Virus record (IMG/VR): IMGVR_UViG_3300020151_000966
Span: 1 to 33,622 of that record
Origin: a virus
Taxonomy: Duplodnaviria; Caudoviricetes
Reading direction: 5' to 3' (one strand)
DNA: 33,622 bases
In this document: one piece after another, positions 8,863 through 17,631 of the stretch
Layout: each line of letters starts with the position of its first letter
Numbering within the stretch: position 1 is the stretch's first letter
Notes under the pieces: generated by a model
Told to the model about the DNA's origin: nothing
The model's input: the letters and a program-made list of their open reading frames with translations, nothing else
Databases searched by the model: none
Program-made: the position numbers and the translations under genes

Positions 8863-9215
8863 GAGCCAATCCAACGCGGCGGCTGCTGTTCGCGTTGGCA
8901 GGCCACCTAGGCATGACGGTTGGCCAGCTAGGCTCCAGCATGTCGAGCGGTGAACTGAGCGAGTGGGCAGCACTCTTGGCGGTCGAGCCGTGGGGATCGT
9001 ATCGGCTGGATCTGCTGAATGCCATTTCTTGCTACGCGGCAGCCGCTCCATGGTGCAAAAACACCAAGGTGAGCGATTGGATGCCTAAATTTGAAACAGT
9101 CAAAGAGCCTGATCAGGCATCCGTTTTGACATACTTGAAGTCGCTAGGAGGCAAAGTCCATGGCGACAATCAGCAGAATGGCAATCAACCTGGCGTGGGA
9201 AGGCCAGGAGGCTGA
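8859..9215 (+). CDS. Tail chaperone gpT-like extension reached by -1 frameshift
   Basis: LRANPTRRLLFALAGHLGMTV...MSSGELSEW...EPWG, typical gpGT C-terminal part. Confidence 0.8.
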   Translation, partial: LRANPTRRLLFALAGHLGMTVGQLGSSMSSGELSEWAALLAVEPWGSYRLDLLNAISCYAAAAPWCKNTKVSDWMPKFETVKEPDQASVLTYLKSLGGKVHGDNQQNGNQPGVGRPGG

Positions 9216-11424
9216 AGCAGGCCTAGCCAAAACCTCCACGCTATTAAGAAAAACTGGCATTGCCGCACTGGATGCTGCGCAAAACTTCTCGCAGATGATT
9301 CGCAGCAAGGTCGATCAACTCGGCCTCGACAACAGCCAAATCAAAAGCCTTAGCAAACTATCCGAGCTCGACCAGGAGCGCGCGCTTGCTCGCATGGAAG
9401 ACGAGCAAAATCTTAAATCTATGTCAAAGTCCAGCCAGATGCTTTACGAGCAAATGGTTGCTCAGGCTGAAGAGCAGGCTGCCGCCGATGAGAAGGCAAA
9501 GGCTACGGCAAAAGCACGCGCCGAAATGATTTCAAAGCTGACACTGCTGGAAAAGGACTTGATGTTCTCGAAGGAGAAAGAGCGCGCCTTGCTGATGACG
9601 ATGACTCCAGAGCAGCAGAAGGCCTACGAGCTGAGCAAAACAACAGCAGAAAAAACCAAGGCCGAGGCGGAACAGCGGCAGAAGATGCTGGCCGGCCTAA
9701 GCGCGCTGGACCGTAAACGACTACTTGAAAAAGAGGCACAGGAAAAAGCTATTTTCGGTATGACCGAGAAGCAGCAGTTGGCATTTGAGAAGTCAGAAAA
9801 AGCCAAGTTGGAAGCACAGCAGAAGGCCGACAGACTGGCCAAGATGTCTTTCATCGAACGCATTAAAGAAATGCTGAAAGGCATGAACGACCTCAAAGCC
9901 ACCATCGAGATGATTCGCGGCGTGATGAATCTGGCGTTTGCTATTCCCAAGGCGATGTTCAGCGGCTTGTCTGGGCTGGTCAAACTAGGTGGTGAACTGG
10001 AAACGATGCAGATACAGATGGGTGCTCTGGTCGGCAACTTCGATGCGGGTGCCAGTTCGCTCGAAAACCTGCGCCAGATCACGCGCGACATGGGTGTGCC
10101 ACTTGGTGAGTTGGTCGGTGGCTTTAAAGATTTGGTAACAGCCGGCCTAAACGCAGGCGATGCCGAAAAACTGCTGCGCACATTCTCAAAGATTTCGCCA
10201 CTGCTCGGCCAAGGCGGCATGGGCCAGGTGACCAGTGGCATAGGCTCGATGGCGCAGTCTGGCATAGCCGAGCGCAGCGCTTTGGATGCGCTGCAGAAGG
10301 GCGGCATCAATGTTTACCAAGCTTTGGCAGACAAACTATCAAGAGTGAGTGGTCAGTTTTACGGTATTCGTGACGCGCAGAAAGCAGTTGAGAATGGTGC
10401 TGTGTTGGCCAGTACAGCCATTCAAGCGATGCAGGAGGCGGCCAATTCGCCAAAGGCACTTGAGGCTGCTTTGAGGATTAGCAACAGCCTAGAAGGCCAA
10501 CTGGGAAGGCTGCGTGAAGGATTTACCGAGTTACTGCGTGATCTGGGTGATGGCCTGCTTAAGGGGCTGGATGTTACGGCATTCGTCAATTCGCTGCGTG
10601 GCGTGTTTGAGGCGATCACGCTAATTGTCCGCAGCATCGTCGATATGTTTATGCCAATCCTCGATCCAAAGGAACGCGGTGCGGCATTAGAAAAGACCTT
10701 TATCAGCGTGCGAGATACCGCACTAGATGCCGCGCAAAACTTCGCCAAAATGGCAATCGATTTGAAAGCTGCATTTGATACGATCTTTGCCAAGATCGAG
10801 GCAGAGGTTAACAAGATCATCGCCAGGCTGGAGTTTGGCGCTGTTGGCGTATTTGGTGGAGGTGCCGAGGGCGCTATCAACCGAGCGCTTGAAGGCGAAG
10901 ACAAGCTAGGTAAGGCGAGAGCCAAAGCGGCAGCAGCGGCAGCAGAGAAAAACAAAGGCGAGATTGACAAATTCTTTGACAACATTCGAAAGAAGGCCAA
11001 AGAGCTGGATGCTGCACGAGTTGGCGACAGGGCGCAACTGCCTCCCAACGCAGGACCAGAGCTGCCAAATGCTAAGCAGGTTACCGACCAGTTTTCAAAC
11101 CTGCGCGATCTGCAACTACGTTCCAAGCAAGTCGGCGCTGTGTTTAATCCAGGTGAAATCCAATCCGCGCTTTCAGGTTTTATGTCCAAGATGAATCAGC
11201 CTGATGCCGGAATTAACCAGCGCATTGAGGCTGGTAGTGCTGCAGCGGCTGAAGCAATCATTAGGAACAACAACCGCGAAAGCGTGCAGAACATCCAAGA
11301 GCAAATCAAGGCGGCTGTAGAAGCTGCCACTATCGAGGCGCAAAGGCAAACAGAACTAGAGAAGGAAATGCTAAAGGCACTCCAAGGAATTAAATTACCA
11401 GCCACAGTTCAGGTAGGCATCTGA
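9160..11424 (+). CDS. Tape measure protein
   Basis: 754 aa, Ala/Glu/Lys-rich helical sequence, MATI start, follows the chaperone; AGGAGG upstream. Confidence 0.9.
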   Translation: MATISRMAINLAWEGQEAEAGLAKTSTLLRKTGIAALDAAQNFSQMIRSKVDQLGLDNSQIKSLSKLSELDQERALARMEDEQNLKSMSKSSQMLYEQMVAQAEEQAAADEKAKATAKARAEMISKLTLLEKDLMFSKEKERALLMTMTPEQQKAYELSKTTAEKTKAEAEQRQKMLAGLSALDRKRLLEKEAQEKAIFGMTEKQQLAFEKSEKAKLEAQQKADRLAKMSFIERIKEMLKGMNDLKATIEMIRGVMNLAFAIPKAMFSGLSGLVKLGGELETMQIQMGALVGNFDAGASSLENLRQITRDMGVPLGELVGGFKDLVTAGLNAGDAEKLLRTFSKISPLLGQGGMGQVTSGIGSMAQSGIAERSALDALQKGGINVYQALADKLSRVSGQFYGIRDAQKAVENGAVLASTAIQAMQEAANSPKALEAALRISNSLEGQLGRLREGFTELLRDLGDGLLKGLDVTAFVNSLRGVFEAITLIVRSIVDMFMPILDPKERGAALEKTFISVRDTALDAAQNFAKMAIDLKAAFDTIFAKIEAEVNKIIARLEFGAVGVFGGGAEGAINRALEGEDKLGKARAKAAAAAAEKNKGEIDKFFDNIRKKAKELDAARVGDRAQLPPNAGPELPNAKQVTDQFSNLRDLQLRSKQVGAVFNPGEIQSALSGFMSKMNQPDAGINQRIEAGSAAAAEAIIRNNNRESVQNIQEQIKAAVEAATIEAQRQTELEKEMLKALQGIKLPATVQVGI

Positions 11425-11432
11425 GGTAACCA

Positions 11433-12416
11433 ATGGCCTACACGCTATTCAGAGAAGTTATCGAAGGCCGAAGCGGCAGCGTTGATCAGCGCTACCAGCG
11501 AGCCTACAAACGAGTTTTCTTGGTCAAGACCGACAGCGCTGGCTACGGTCCCTACTACGCTGGCAGCCATCCAAGCCTGCCGCTGGTGTGGTCAGTTCAT
11601 CCTGAAGATCCTGTCGCCTACTGCGTTGGTTTCTCGGTTGACCAGGACCAAAACGATGGCACGCTGTGGCGTGTCACAGCTAACTACGCCTACAACGCCG
11701 ATACTTTCCAAGGCGGTGGCACTGGCACTGGTGCCACTGGCAACCCTGCGATTGACACACAGCAGCAGGGCCAAGCGCCTGCGGACCGCGTGCAGTCACC
11801 GCTATCAAGGCCAAGAGATTACCAAATATCTACAGTGGCCTACCCAGAAGCGCTGCGTGGGGATGTGGACGGTAACGCAATTCTCAACAGCGCCTATGAT
11901 CCATTTCTGCCAGCCAGTGAAATCCAGAAGTTTGGCGCTCAGATCACCATCGGCCTGAATGCATCCACTCCACCATCTGAAGCTTGGATGAGCGCAGTTG
12001 GCAAACTGAACGCAACCACGCTGACCATCACACCACCCGGATCAACCATTTCGCTTGGTGCGAAAACAACCAGGCTAAACAGTCTAAACGCTCAGGCAGT
12101 CTACGAAAACGGCTTGGCCTACTGGCGATGGACTTTGGCATTTGAGTTCAGGCCCAGCACCACAACCTACACCAGCGGTTGGGTGCAACTAGGTGCCAGT
12201 TGGCCTGTGCTCGGTTGGAAGCTGGTATTGCTCGATGCCGGCAAACGCCGATGGGATGGCACGCGGTACACAGCGTTCACCGATCCGCCTGGGCAACAGC
12301 CTGTCACTCAAGCTGTGTTAATGGATGGCAGCACCAACAGGCTGGCCGCCAACACCAAGCCGTACTACAAGGCTTGGGACATCTACCGCACTATTACCTT
12401 CCCGAGTCCGCTCTAA
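11433..12416 (+). CDS. Putative distal tail / tail-tip protein
   Basis: Beta-rich 327 aa protein directly after the tape measure gene; family not recognised. Confidence 0.55.
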   Translation: MAYTLFREVIEGRSGSVDQRYQRAYKRVFLVKTDSAGYGPYYAGSHPSLPLVWSVHPEDPVAYCVGFSVDQDQNDGTLWRVTANYAYNADTFQGGGTGTGATGNPAIDTQQQGQAPADRVQSPLSRPRDYQISTVAYPEALRGDVDGNAILNSAYDPFLPASEIQKFGAQITIGLNASTPPSEAWMSAVGKLNATTLTITPPGSTISLGAKTTRLNSLNAQAVYENGLAYWRWTLAFEFRPSTTTYTSGWVQLGASWPVLGWKLVLLDAGKRRWDGTRYTAFTDPPGQQPVTQAVLMDGSTNRLAANTKPYYKAWDIYRTITFPSPL

Positions 12417-12910
12417 TGGCTGGCTATTCGCTAGAGCTAGAGACGATCAAGCGCCTAGGCAAAATGCTGAAGGCGTTTGAAGGTGGCGGGATGGCACCAA
12501 CATTCCGCGAGCATCTCACCGAGCAGTACGAGGTGCAGGGCGTTGCTGTTCGGGTGGTGCAAATAACAGGTGCCAAACAGTCAGACGGCACCTACCCGGC
12601 CAAACTACTCGGCAGAAATAGCGAGGCCTACAGCGCCACATGGTCAGACTATGAAATCGTCAGTGTCATCGAGCCGAACAACGCCACGCTAACCAACGGC
12701 AATAAATACATGGCGCTCTGCGTCGGCTGGTATGCCGGCAGCGGTTCTGGTTCTGGTTCAGGATCTGGCAGCGCTGCTGGTCTGTGGGTGGTGGCTGGTA
12801 GTGTCGGCGCTAATCTAACTCAGACTGTTGTGACTGATGTGACTTGTTCTGGCTCTACATTGGTGGTGACTAAGAAGACTTTAACCATTCCGGGTGGGAC
12901 GGTTGCTTAA
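12416..12910 (+). CDS. Putative tail protein with (GS)6 linker
   Basis: TAATG coupling at 12414-12418; GSGSGSGSGSGS tract. Confidence 0.6.
   Translation: MAGYSLELETIKRLGKMLKAFEGGGMAPTFREHLTEQYEVQGVAVRVVQITGAKQSDGTYPAKLLGRNSEAYSATWSDYEIVSVIEPNNATLTNGNKYMALCVGWYAGSGSGSGSGSGSAAGLWVVAGSVGANLTQTVVTDVTCSGSTLVVTKKTLTIPGGTVA
12737..12772 (+). repeat. (Gly-Ser)6 coding repeat
   Basis: GGCAGCGGTTCTGGTTCTGGTTCAGGATCTGGCAGC. Confidence 0.9.
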
Positions 12911-13599
12911 TGCTGACATTTTTTCAGTATTACCGAAATTGCACTTGCTGCGCTAGTGGTAGTTCTGGAAGCGGTATCTGTGAATGTAGTTTTTTCACTG
13001 ATGTTTGTTCAGGGAATCCAGTTGTATCTAATTGCAAAACATCATTTGTAGTTAATCTAAATTTAAGCTGGGCTGGTTGCACTGGCACTCCGCTTGGTAG
13101 TTGCGGAAGTGGAAGTTCTGGATCTGGTTTTCCAGTTGAAAGCGGATTAGACGGAGAAGGCACAGGCAGCTCTGGAAGTTCTAGTGGAAGTTGCCGCACG
13201 ACATGCTCTGATTGTTGCAACATGCTGTCGGCGACATATGAGCTTCCAATTTCTTGTATTGGTGACAACATTTCCAAAGAGAACTTTGAATCTTCATGCT
13301 TGCAAATTTTTCGCAATGACGGCACAGACTGCTACGACTCAATATTAGGATGCAACTATTTTTCAATTAACAAGGCTGGAACTGGCTATATAGCATTAAG
13401 AATAGATGGCTATTATTTGACTATGGTCTTTTACGAAGCAAATGTCATTTGTAATCCGGTACAAATAACAGGCGTATTTGATTCAAGCAAAAACATTTAT
13501 TTTGCCAATTGCCTTTACGCTTGCGTAATTGGAAGCGACGGCAGTTATCACATTGACTGCATTACTGGCACCTTTACCATCACCGAGGCTCTGCCGTAA
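12910..13599 (+). CDS. Cys-rich, Gly/Ser-rich putative tail-tip or receptor-binding protein
   Basis: About 21 Cys in 229 aa, three GSSGS tracts, AT-richer than its neighbours, TAATG coupling. Confidence 0.6.
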   Translation: MLTFFQYYRNCTCCASGSSGSGICECSFFTDVCSGNPVVSNCKTSFVVNLNLSWAGCTGTPLGSCGSGSSGSGFPVESGLDGEGTGSSGSSSGSCRTTCSDCCNMLSATYELPISCIGDNISKENFESSCLQIFRNDGTDCYDSILGCNYFSINKAGTGYIALRIDGYYLTMVFYEANVICNPVQITGVFDSSKNIYFANCLYACVIGSDGSYHIDCITGTFTITEALP

Positions 13600-14952
13600 A
13601 TGGTTAAGCCGTGCCCACTAGATCCTAATGTTTGCGCCTGCCACATCTGCAAACTATTCCTGCACGACGAGCGCTACCGCAAACTCTGGGACGGCCAAGG
13701 ACCAGCGTTGCCAGCGTTGCCGGCACCAATCATCCCTGGCAAAACCTTTGCCAGCAATGCCGACCTAGCCAAAGAGCGAGCCAGACGCGGCAGAGCAAAA
13801 TGCCAGCACCTAGGCGACAAGCTTGAACTAAAAACAACCTGCCCAGTTGGCTGCGGTGGCGGCACCGAGTTGCACGCCTGCGGTATCCATGGCACCTGCC
13901 GGCGCTACGGCAACGATGAAACAGTGATGACATGCTGGCGCTGTCCAGAGTACCAAGCAGAGGAGCAGCTAACCGTTGACCAGTGGACCGAACTGCTGAC
14001 CAGCAGCAAGCTGACTAATGATGGCGGGCTGTACACCGGCAACCAAACCAAGGCGGTGCATCGCATCATCGATGAACTGCGCCAATCTCTAATCGGCAGC
14101 CAGCAGGATTTTGCCGTCGAGCGCGGCATCGTCACCAGTGGAGGCGGGCGCTACTGGCCGGGCACCTGGACAATGGCGGCGATCTGCCGTGAGATGGGCT
14201 GGAAAAATCCGATACAAGCTTGGTATCTCGGCGAGCCTGAGTATGACGAGTTCTGGATTAACGAGCTGCGCAAACTAGATGTGGTCTGCGTCGATGCCTA
14301 CGAAGTCAGAAAACTAAATCCGTACCGAATACTCAACGGCTTCGAAATCAAACTTTACGCTGTGCTCCATTCAGGCATCGAGCAACCGCTTTGGCTCGAC
14401 TCCGACTGCTACCCGGCGAGAGATCCCAACCTTCTCTACGAGTGCAGCCTTTACCAGCAGACCGGCAGCGTGCACTATCCCGACTTGGCCAACGCTGAGC
14501 CATGGACGCGCTGGGAGCGCTGGGGCGTTGAGCGTGATGATTCACCACCAATCGAAACAGGCCAATATCTCTACCACCTAGGCAAGGTGTGGGAAGAGGC
14601 TCAGATTACAAGCAAGCTCAACGAACTATCTGACCTAACCTACCACTGGGATTATGGCGACAAGGGGCCAGCACGAGTTGCCTGGGCATGGACCAAACGC
14701 AGGCGCACCATTTACGAGCAGGTGCCTAAATGGGTTGGGCCAGCGTTCATTCATCTGGGACCAGATGCCGAGCCGCTGTTTGTGCATCGATGCCGAGGCA
14801 AAGTAAATCCAAGCGCCAACAGTTTCTACACACCGCAGCACGGCAACGGCATGCACGCGCACGACAACCTGCCAGCCGAGGCTATTTACCAGCATTATCT
14901 AGCCAAGGCCAAGTCGCTGGCTGACCTTCGTGAGCCTGTTACCTCAGAATGA
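13600..14952 (+). CDS. Cys-rich N-terminal domain plus GT71 (Mnn1/Mnn2-like) glycosyltransferase
   Basis: Ordered motifs RGIVTSGG, K.YAVLHS..EQPLWLDSD (DxD), DP..L....YQQTG...YPD, ETGQ, YGDK, LFVH. Confidence 0.75.
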   Translation: MVKPCPLDPNVCACHICKLFLHDERYRKLWDGQGPALPALPAPIIPGKTFASNADLAKERARRGRAKCQHLGDKLELKTTCPVGCGGGTELHACGIHGTCRRYGNDETVMTCWRCPEYQAEEQLTVDQWTELLTSSKLTNDGGLYTGNQTKAVHRIIDELRQSLIGSQQDFAVERGIVTSGGGRYWPGTWTMAAICREMGWKNPIQAWYLGEPEYDEFWINELRKLDVVCVDAYEVRKLNPYRILNGFEIKLYAVLHSGIEQPLWLDSDCYPARDPNLLYECSLYQQTGSVHYPDLANAEPWTRWERWGVERDDSPPIETGQYLYHLGKVWEEAQITSKLNELSDLTYHWDYGDKGPARVAWAWTKRRRTIYEQVPKWVGPAFIHLGPDAEPLFVHRCRGKVNPSANSFYTPQHGNGMHAHDNLPAEAIYQHYLAKAKSLADLREPVTSE

Positions 14953-14973
14953 GGGAAATAGGAGATATTCACT

Positions 14974-15207
14974 ATGGACTGGATAACTGCCGCGCGTGAC
15001 CTCGGATTCCCTGCAGTGATAATCGCAGGCATGGGTTATGCCATTTGGACTGCTGGCAAATACCTAGGCAAGGAGCTGTTAGTTCCATTGCGTGACAGAC
15101 ATTTTGATTTCCTGCAATCGCTCGAACAAACAAACAAAACAATTGCCGAAAGCATCAAAGAAATTCACACAAGAATAAACGACATTACCTGCCTGCGGAG
15201 AGAATAA
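14974..15207 (+). CDS. Putative holin-like membrane protein
   Basis: One N-terminal hydrophobic helix (LGFPAVIIAGMGYAIW) followed by a coiled coil; AGGAGA RBS; lysis position. Confidence 0.5.
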   Translation: MDWITAARDLGFPAVIIAGMGYAIWTAGKYLGKELLVPLRDRHFDFLQSLEQTNKTIAESIKEIHTRINDITCLRRE

Positions 15208-15885
15208 ATGATTTGGGCGCTAATTCTATTGGCTGGTCAAGATCTTAAGATCCCAGCCGAAGTGACAGGCGAAGTGGCCGCGTTTGTCACTGTGATCGCT
15301 GAAACAAATAACAAACAAGTCAAATTCTATCCAATCGATTCAGGCCTTTCGGTCTTCCCCGCAGCGCTGCTGGCCAACCAAAAAGCGACTGTCGTGGTGG
15401 CCGCAAAAGCCGGCACCTACAGACTGCTGGCCTACACCGCTGCTGGGGATATTCCGAGCGAACCGCAGATCTGCAAGGTGGTTATAGGTGGTGGCAAGCC
15501 GGACAATCTCCCGCCTGCGCCAATACCACCAGCACCGCCAACACCAGAAAAAGACAAACTGCTCGATGCGCTAATCGGAATCTACGGCGGCTTGCAAGAG
15601 CAGGACAAGGAAAAGCACGTCAAAGCGCTGGCAGGAATCTACCGCAGAGCAGCAGCGACAGTCGACCAGTTTGCCGACCTCGGCACGCTCTATGGCGGCA
15701 TCAAGACGAGCGCTGCCGAAGTAGTTCCAGCCGGAGCTATTCGCTCAATCAGGGAACGCATAGCGCAAGAAACCATTCGCCAGCTAGGCGACCAGCCACA
15801 GGCGCAACTAACTCCAGCGCTAGCCAGCAAGGCTGCCAGCTATTTCAGCCGACTTGGCTATGTATTAGAGGAGCTGGCGAAATGA
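15208..15885 (+). CDS. Exported two-domain protein with Pro-rich linker
   Basis: MIWALILLAG leader, beta domain, PPAPIPPAPPTP linker, helical C-terminal domain. Confidence 0.6.
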   Translation: MIWALILLAGQDLKIPAEVTGEVAAFVTVIAETNNKQVKFYPIDSGLSVFPAALLANQKATVVVAAKAGTYRLLAYTAAGDIPSEPQICKVVIGGGKPDNLPPAPIPPAPPTPEKDKLLDALIGIYGGLQEQDKEKHVKALAGIYRRAAATVDQFADLGTLYGGIKTSAAEVVPAGAIRSIRERIAQETIRQLGDQPQAQLTPALASKAASYFSRLGYVLEELAK

Positions 15886-16790
15886 GCGAGGAACTGACCG
15901 AATACGCCACAGGCTGGGTAGATGATCAAGAGGCAGTCACCGAGGTAGTGCAAGATTTGCCCTGGTCAAACTTTGGCGCAACTGATGCCGGCGCTGTGAG
16001 CTTCGACGAAATCCCAGACCATGTCTACGGCTGGAAAGAGTACGAGGAAATAGCTGGCAAACCGTGGCCGATTTTCAACCAGGGGAATGTTGGCACCTGC
16101 GTTTCATTTGGCACCTCGGCAGCCATGCTATTTACGCAAATTAGCGAGATTAAACGCGGCGATCACGAACAGCCAAGAACGCCATCAATGGAAGTGATTT
16201 ACGCTGGCAGCCGTGTTGAAGTTGGCGGTGGCCGTATTCGTGGCGATGGCAGCGTTGGCGCATGGGCGGCCAAGTGGATCAACCTGTGGGGCGTGGTTCC
16301 GCAGGATGTCTACGGTTCACACGACTTGACAAAATACGATGGCGCACGCGCTCGCAAATGGGGCGCACCAGGTGCAGGCTGTCCAAATGAGTTGGAAGCA
16401 ATTGCCAAAAAAAACCCGGTTGGGTCGGTCACTCTAGTGACGAGCTTTGAAGATGCCTGCATTGCTCTTAGCCAAGGTTTCGGCATTAACGTCTGCAGCA
16501 ACCAAGGATTCCGCATGAGCCGAGATAGTGCAGGGTTCTGCACTGCTGCAGGCAACTGGGGCCACTCGATGGCGTTTATTGGCTACCGCAAAGGCACAAG
16601 GCCCGGGCTGTTTGTTGTGAATAGCTGGGGCGCAGATTCAACCACGGGGCCGGCACCGGAAGGTGGGCCGGCATCTGGTTGGTGGGTTGAGGCGAAGGTA
16701 GCTGACAACATGCTGCGAGCGCGTGACTCGTTTGCATACAGCCAGTTCACCGGATTTCCCAAGAATCAGACAATCGACTGGATTGTCTAA
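15882..16790 (+). CDS. Papain-like (C1 family) cysteine peptidase
   Basis: NQGNVGTCVSF (Gln, Cys), GHSMAFIGY (His), VNSWG (Asn). Confidence 0.88.
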   Translation: MSEELTEYATGWVDDQEAVTEVVQDLPWSNFGATDAGAVSFDEIPDHVYGWKEYEEIAGKPWPIFNQGNVGTCVSFGTSAAMLFTQISEIKRGDHEQPRTPSMEVIYAGSRVEVGGGRIRGDGSVGAWAAKWINLWGVVPQDVYGSHDLTKYDGARARKWGAPGAGCPNELEAIAKKNPVGSVTLVTSFEDACIALSQGFGINVCSNQGFRMSRDSAGFCTAAGNWGHSMAFIGYRKGTRPGLFVVNSWGADSTTGPAPEGGPASGWWVEAKVADNMLRARDSFAYSQFTGFPKNQTIDWIV

Positions 16791-16800
16791 GGAGAAAAGA

Positions 16801-17127
16801 ATGGACCCGTTGAGAATTCCGACAGAGTTTCCTGTTGTAAGCATTCGCAATTTGCTGGACTTTGCTCGTGGCAAACACGAGTGGGATGTTGAGATATTTG
16901 AGTCTGTGCTTACCGTGGTTGGTTACGGCTACGGCATGGCTGCACTGCCAAAAACTGTTGGCGCTGCGCTGGCAGACCCGGCACCAATCCAGACTGTGGT
17001 GATCGAGGGGCTGCAGGCGGCACTCGACCAGCAGGCCGAGCCAGAGGCGAAGACGTTCGCGCTTATCCCTTGGGCAATCATTATTGAGTTTGCAATCTCG
17101 GCTTTGCTGAAGCATTTGGCTAAATGA
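16801..17127 (+). CDS. Hypothetical protein with C-terminal hydrophobic/amphipathic helix
   Basis: AAGGAG RBS; ends FALIPWAIIIEFAISALLKHLAK. Confidence 0.65.
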   Translation: MDPLRIPTEFPVVSIRNLLDFARGKHEWDVEIFESVLTVVGYGYGMAALPKTVGAALADPAPIQTVVIEGLQAALDQQAEPEAKTFALIPWAIIIEFAISALLKHLAK

Positions 17128-17444
17128 TTTGGGACAGGTTACTGCGCTCGGCTGGCGCATACTGGGGCGCTGCTCGTTCCCCAAAATGGTCAGCTGTGCG
17201 CAGAGCCTTTGTCCGGGCCAACCCGCACTGCGCTGCCTGTGGCACTACTAAAGAACTTGAAGTCCATCACATCATTCCGTTTCACATCGAGCCGGCGCGC
17301 GAACTAGATACCGCCAATCTGATGACACTGTGCCAAGACTGTCACTTATATATTGGGCACCTGAAAGATTGGACACGCCACAACCCTCACGCGCCTGATG
17401 ATGCAGCGCTGATGCTTAGCAGGTTCAGTCAGGCACATAGCTGA
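17124..17444 (+). CDS. HNH endonuclease
   Basis: CAACG, EVHHIIP, NLMTLCQDCH. Confidence 0.9.
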   Translation: MIWDRLLRSAGAYWGAARSPKWSAVRRAFVRANPHCAACGTTKELEVHHIIPFHIEPARELDTANLMTLCQDCHLYIGHLKDWTRHNPHAPDDAALMLSRFSQAHS

Positions 17445-17454
17445 GCACACGGCC

Positions 17455-17480
17455 AAAAACCAGCAATAAAACCCAGCAAT
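17455..17480 (+). repeat. Tandem 13-nt direct repeat upstream of the integrase
   Basis: AAAAACCAGCAAT / AAAACCCAGCAAT. Confidence 0.5.
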
Positions 17481-17570
17481 TTATCAAGATACCGCATAGT
17501 TGCTGTATTGTTCAAACCACCTAGTTATCTAGGTCATGTGAAAAATTACCTACAAAAACCGAGACAACGC

Positions 17571-17600
17571 TTGCAATCTGTGGACAAGCTGGGCCATACT
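17571..17600 (+). promoter_or_regulatory. Candidate sigma70 promoter for the integrase
   Basis: TTGCAA-18 nt-CATACT, 31 nt upstream of the ATG. Confidence 0.4.
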
Positions 17601-17631
17601 GAGCCGATACAGTAGGCACAGAGCGAGGCAC

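Noticed and set aside
9624-11189. Long minus-strand ORFs (228 and 255 aa) opposite the tape measure gene, and 17550-18131 opposite the integrase
   Set aside because: Shadow ORFs of well-supported plus-strand genes; Ser/Ala-rich, with no motifs or RBS
2045-14952. Glycocin-like RiPP system (C39 peptidase + glycosyltransferase + Cys-rich substrate)
   Set aside because: The genes are 10 kb apart, there is no ABC exporter or short double-glycine precursor, and the GT is not the GT2 type used by glycocins
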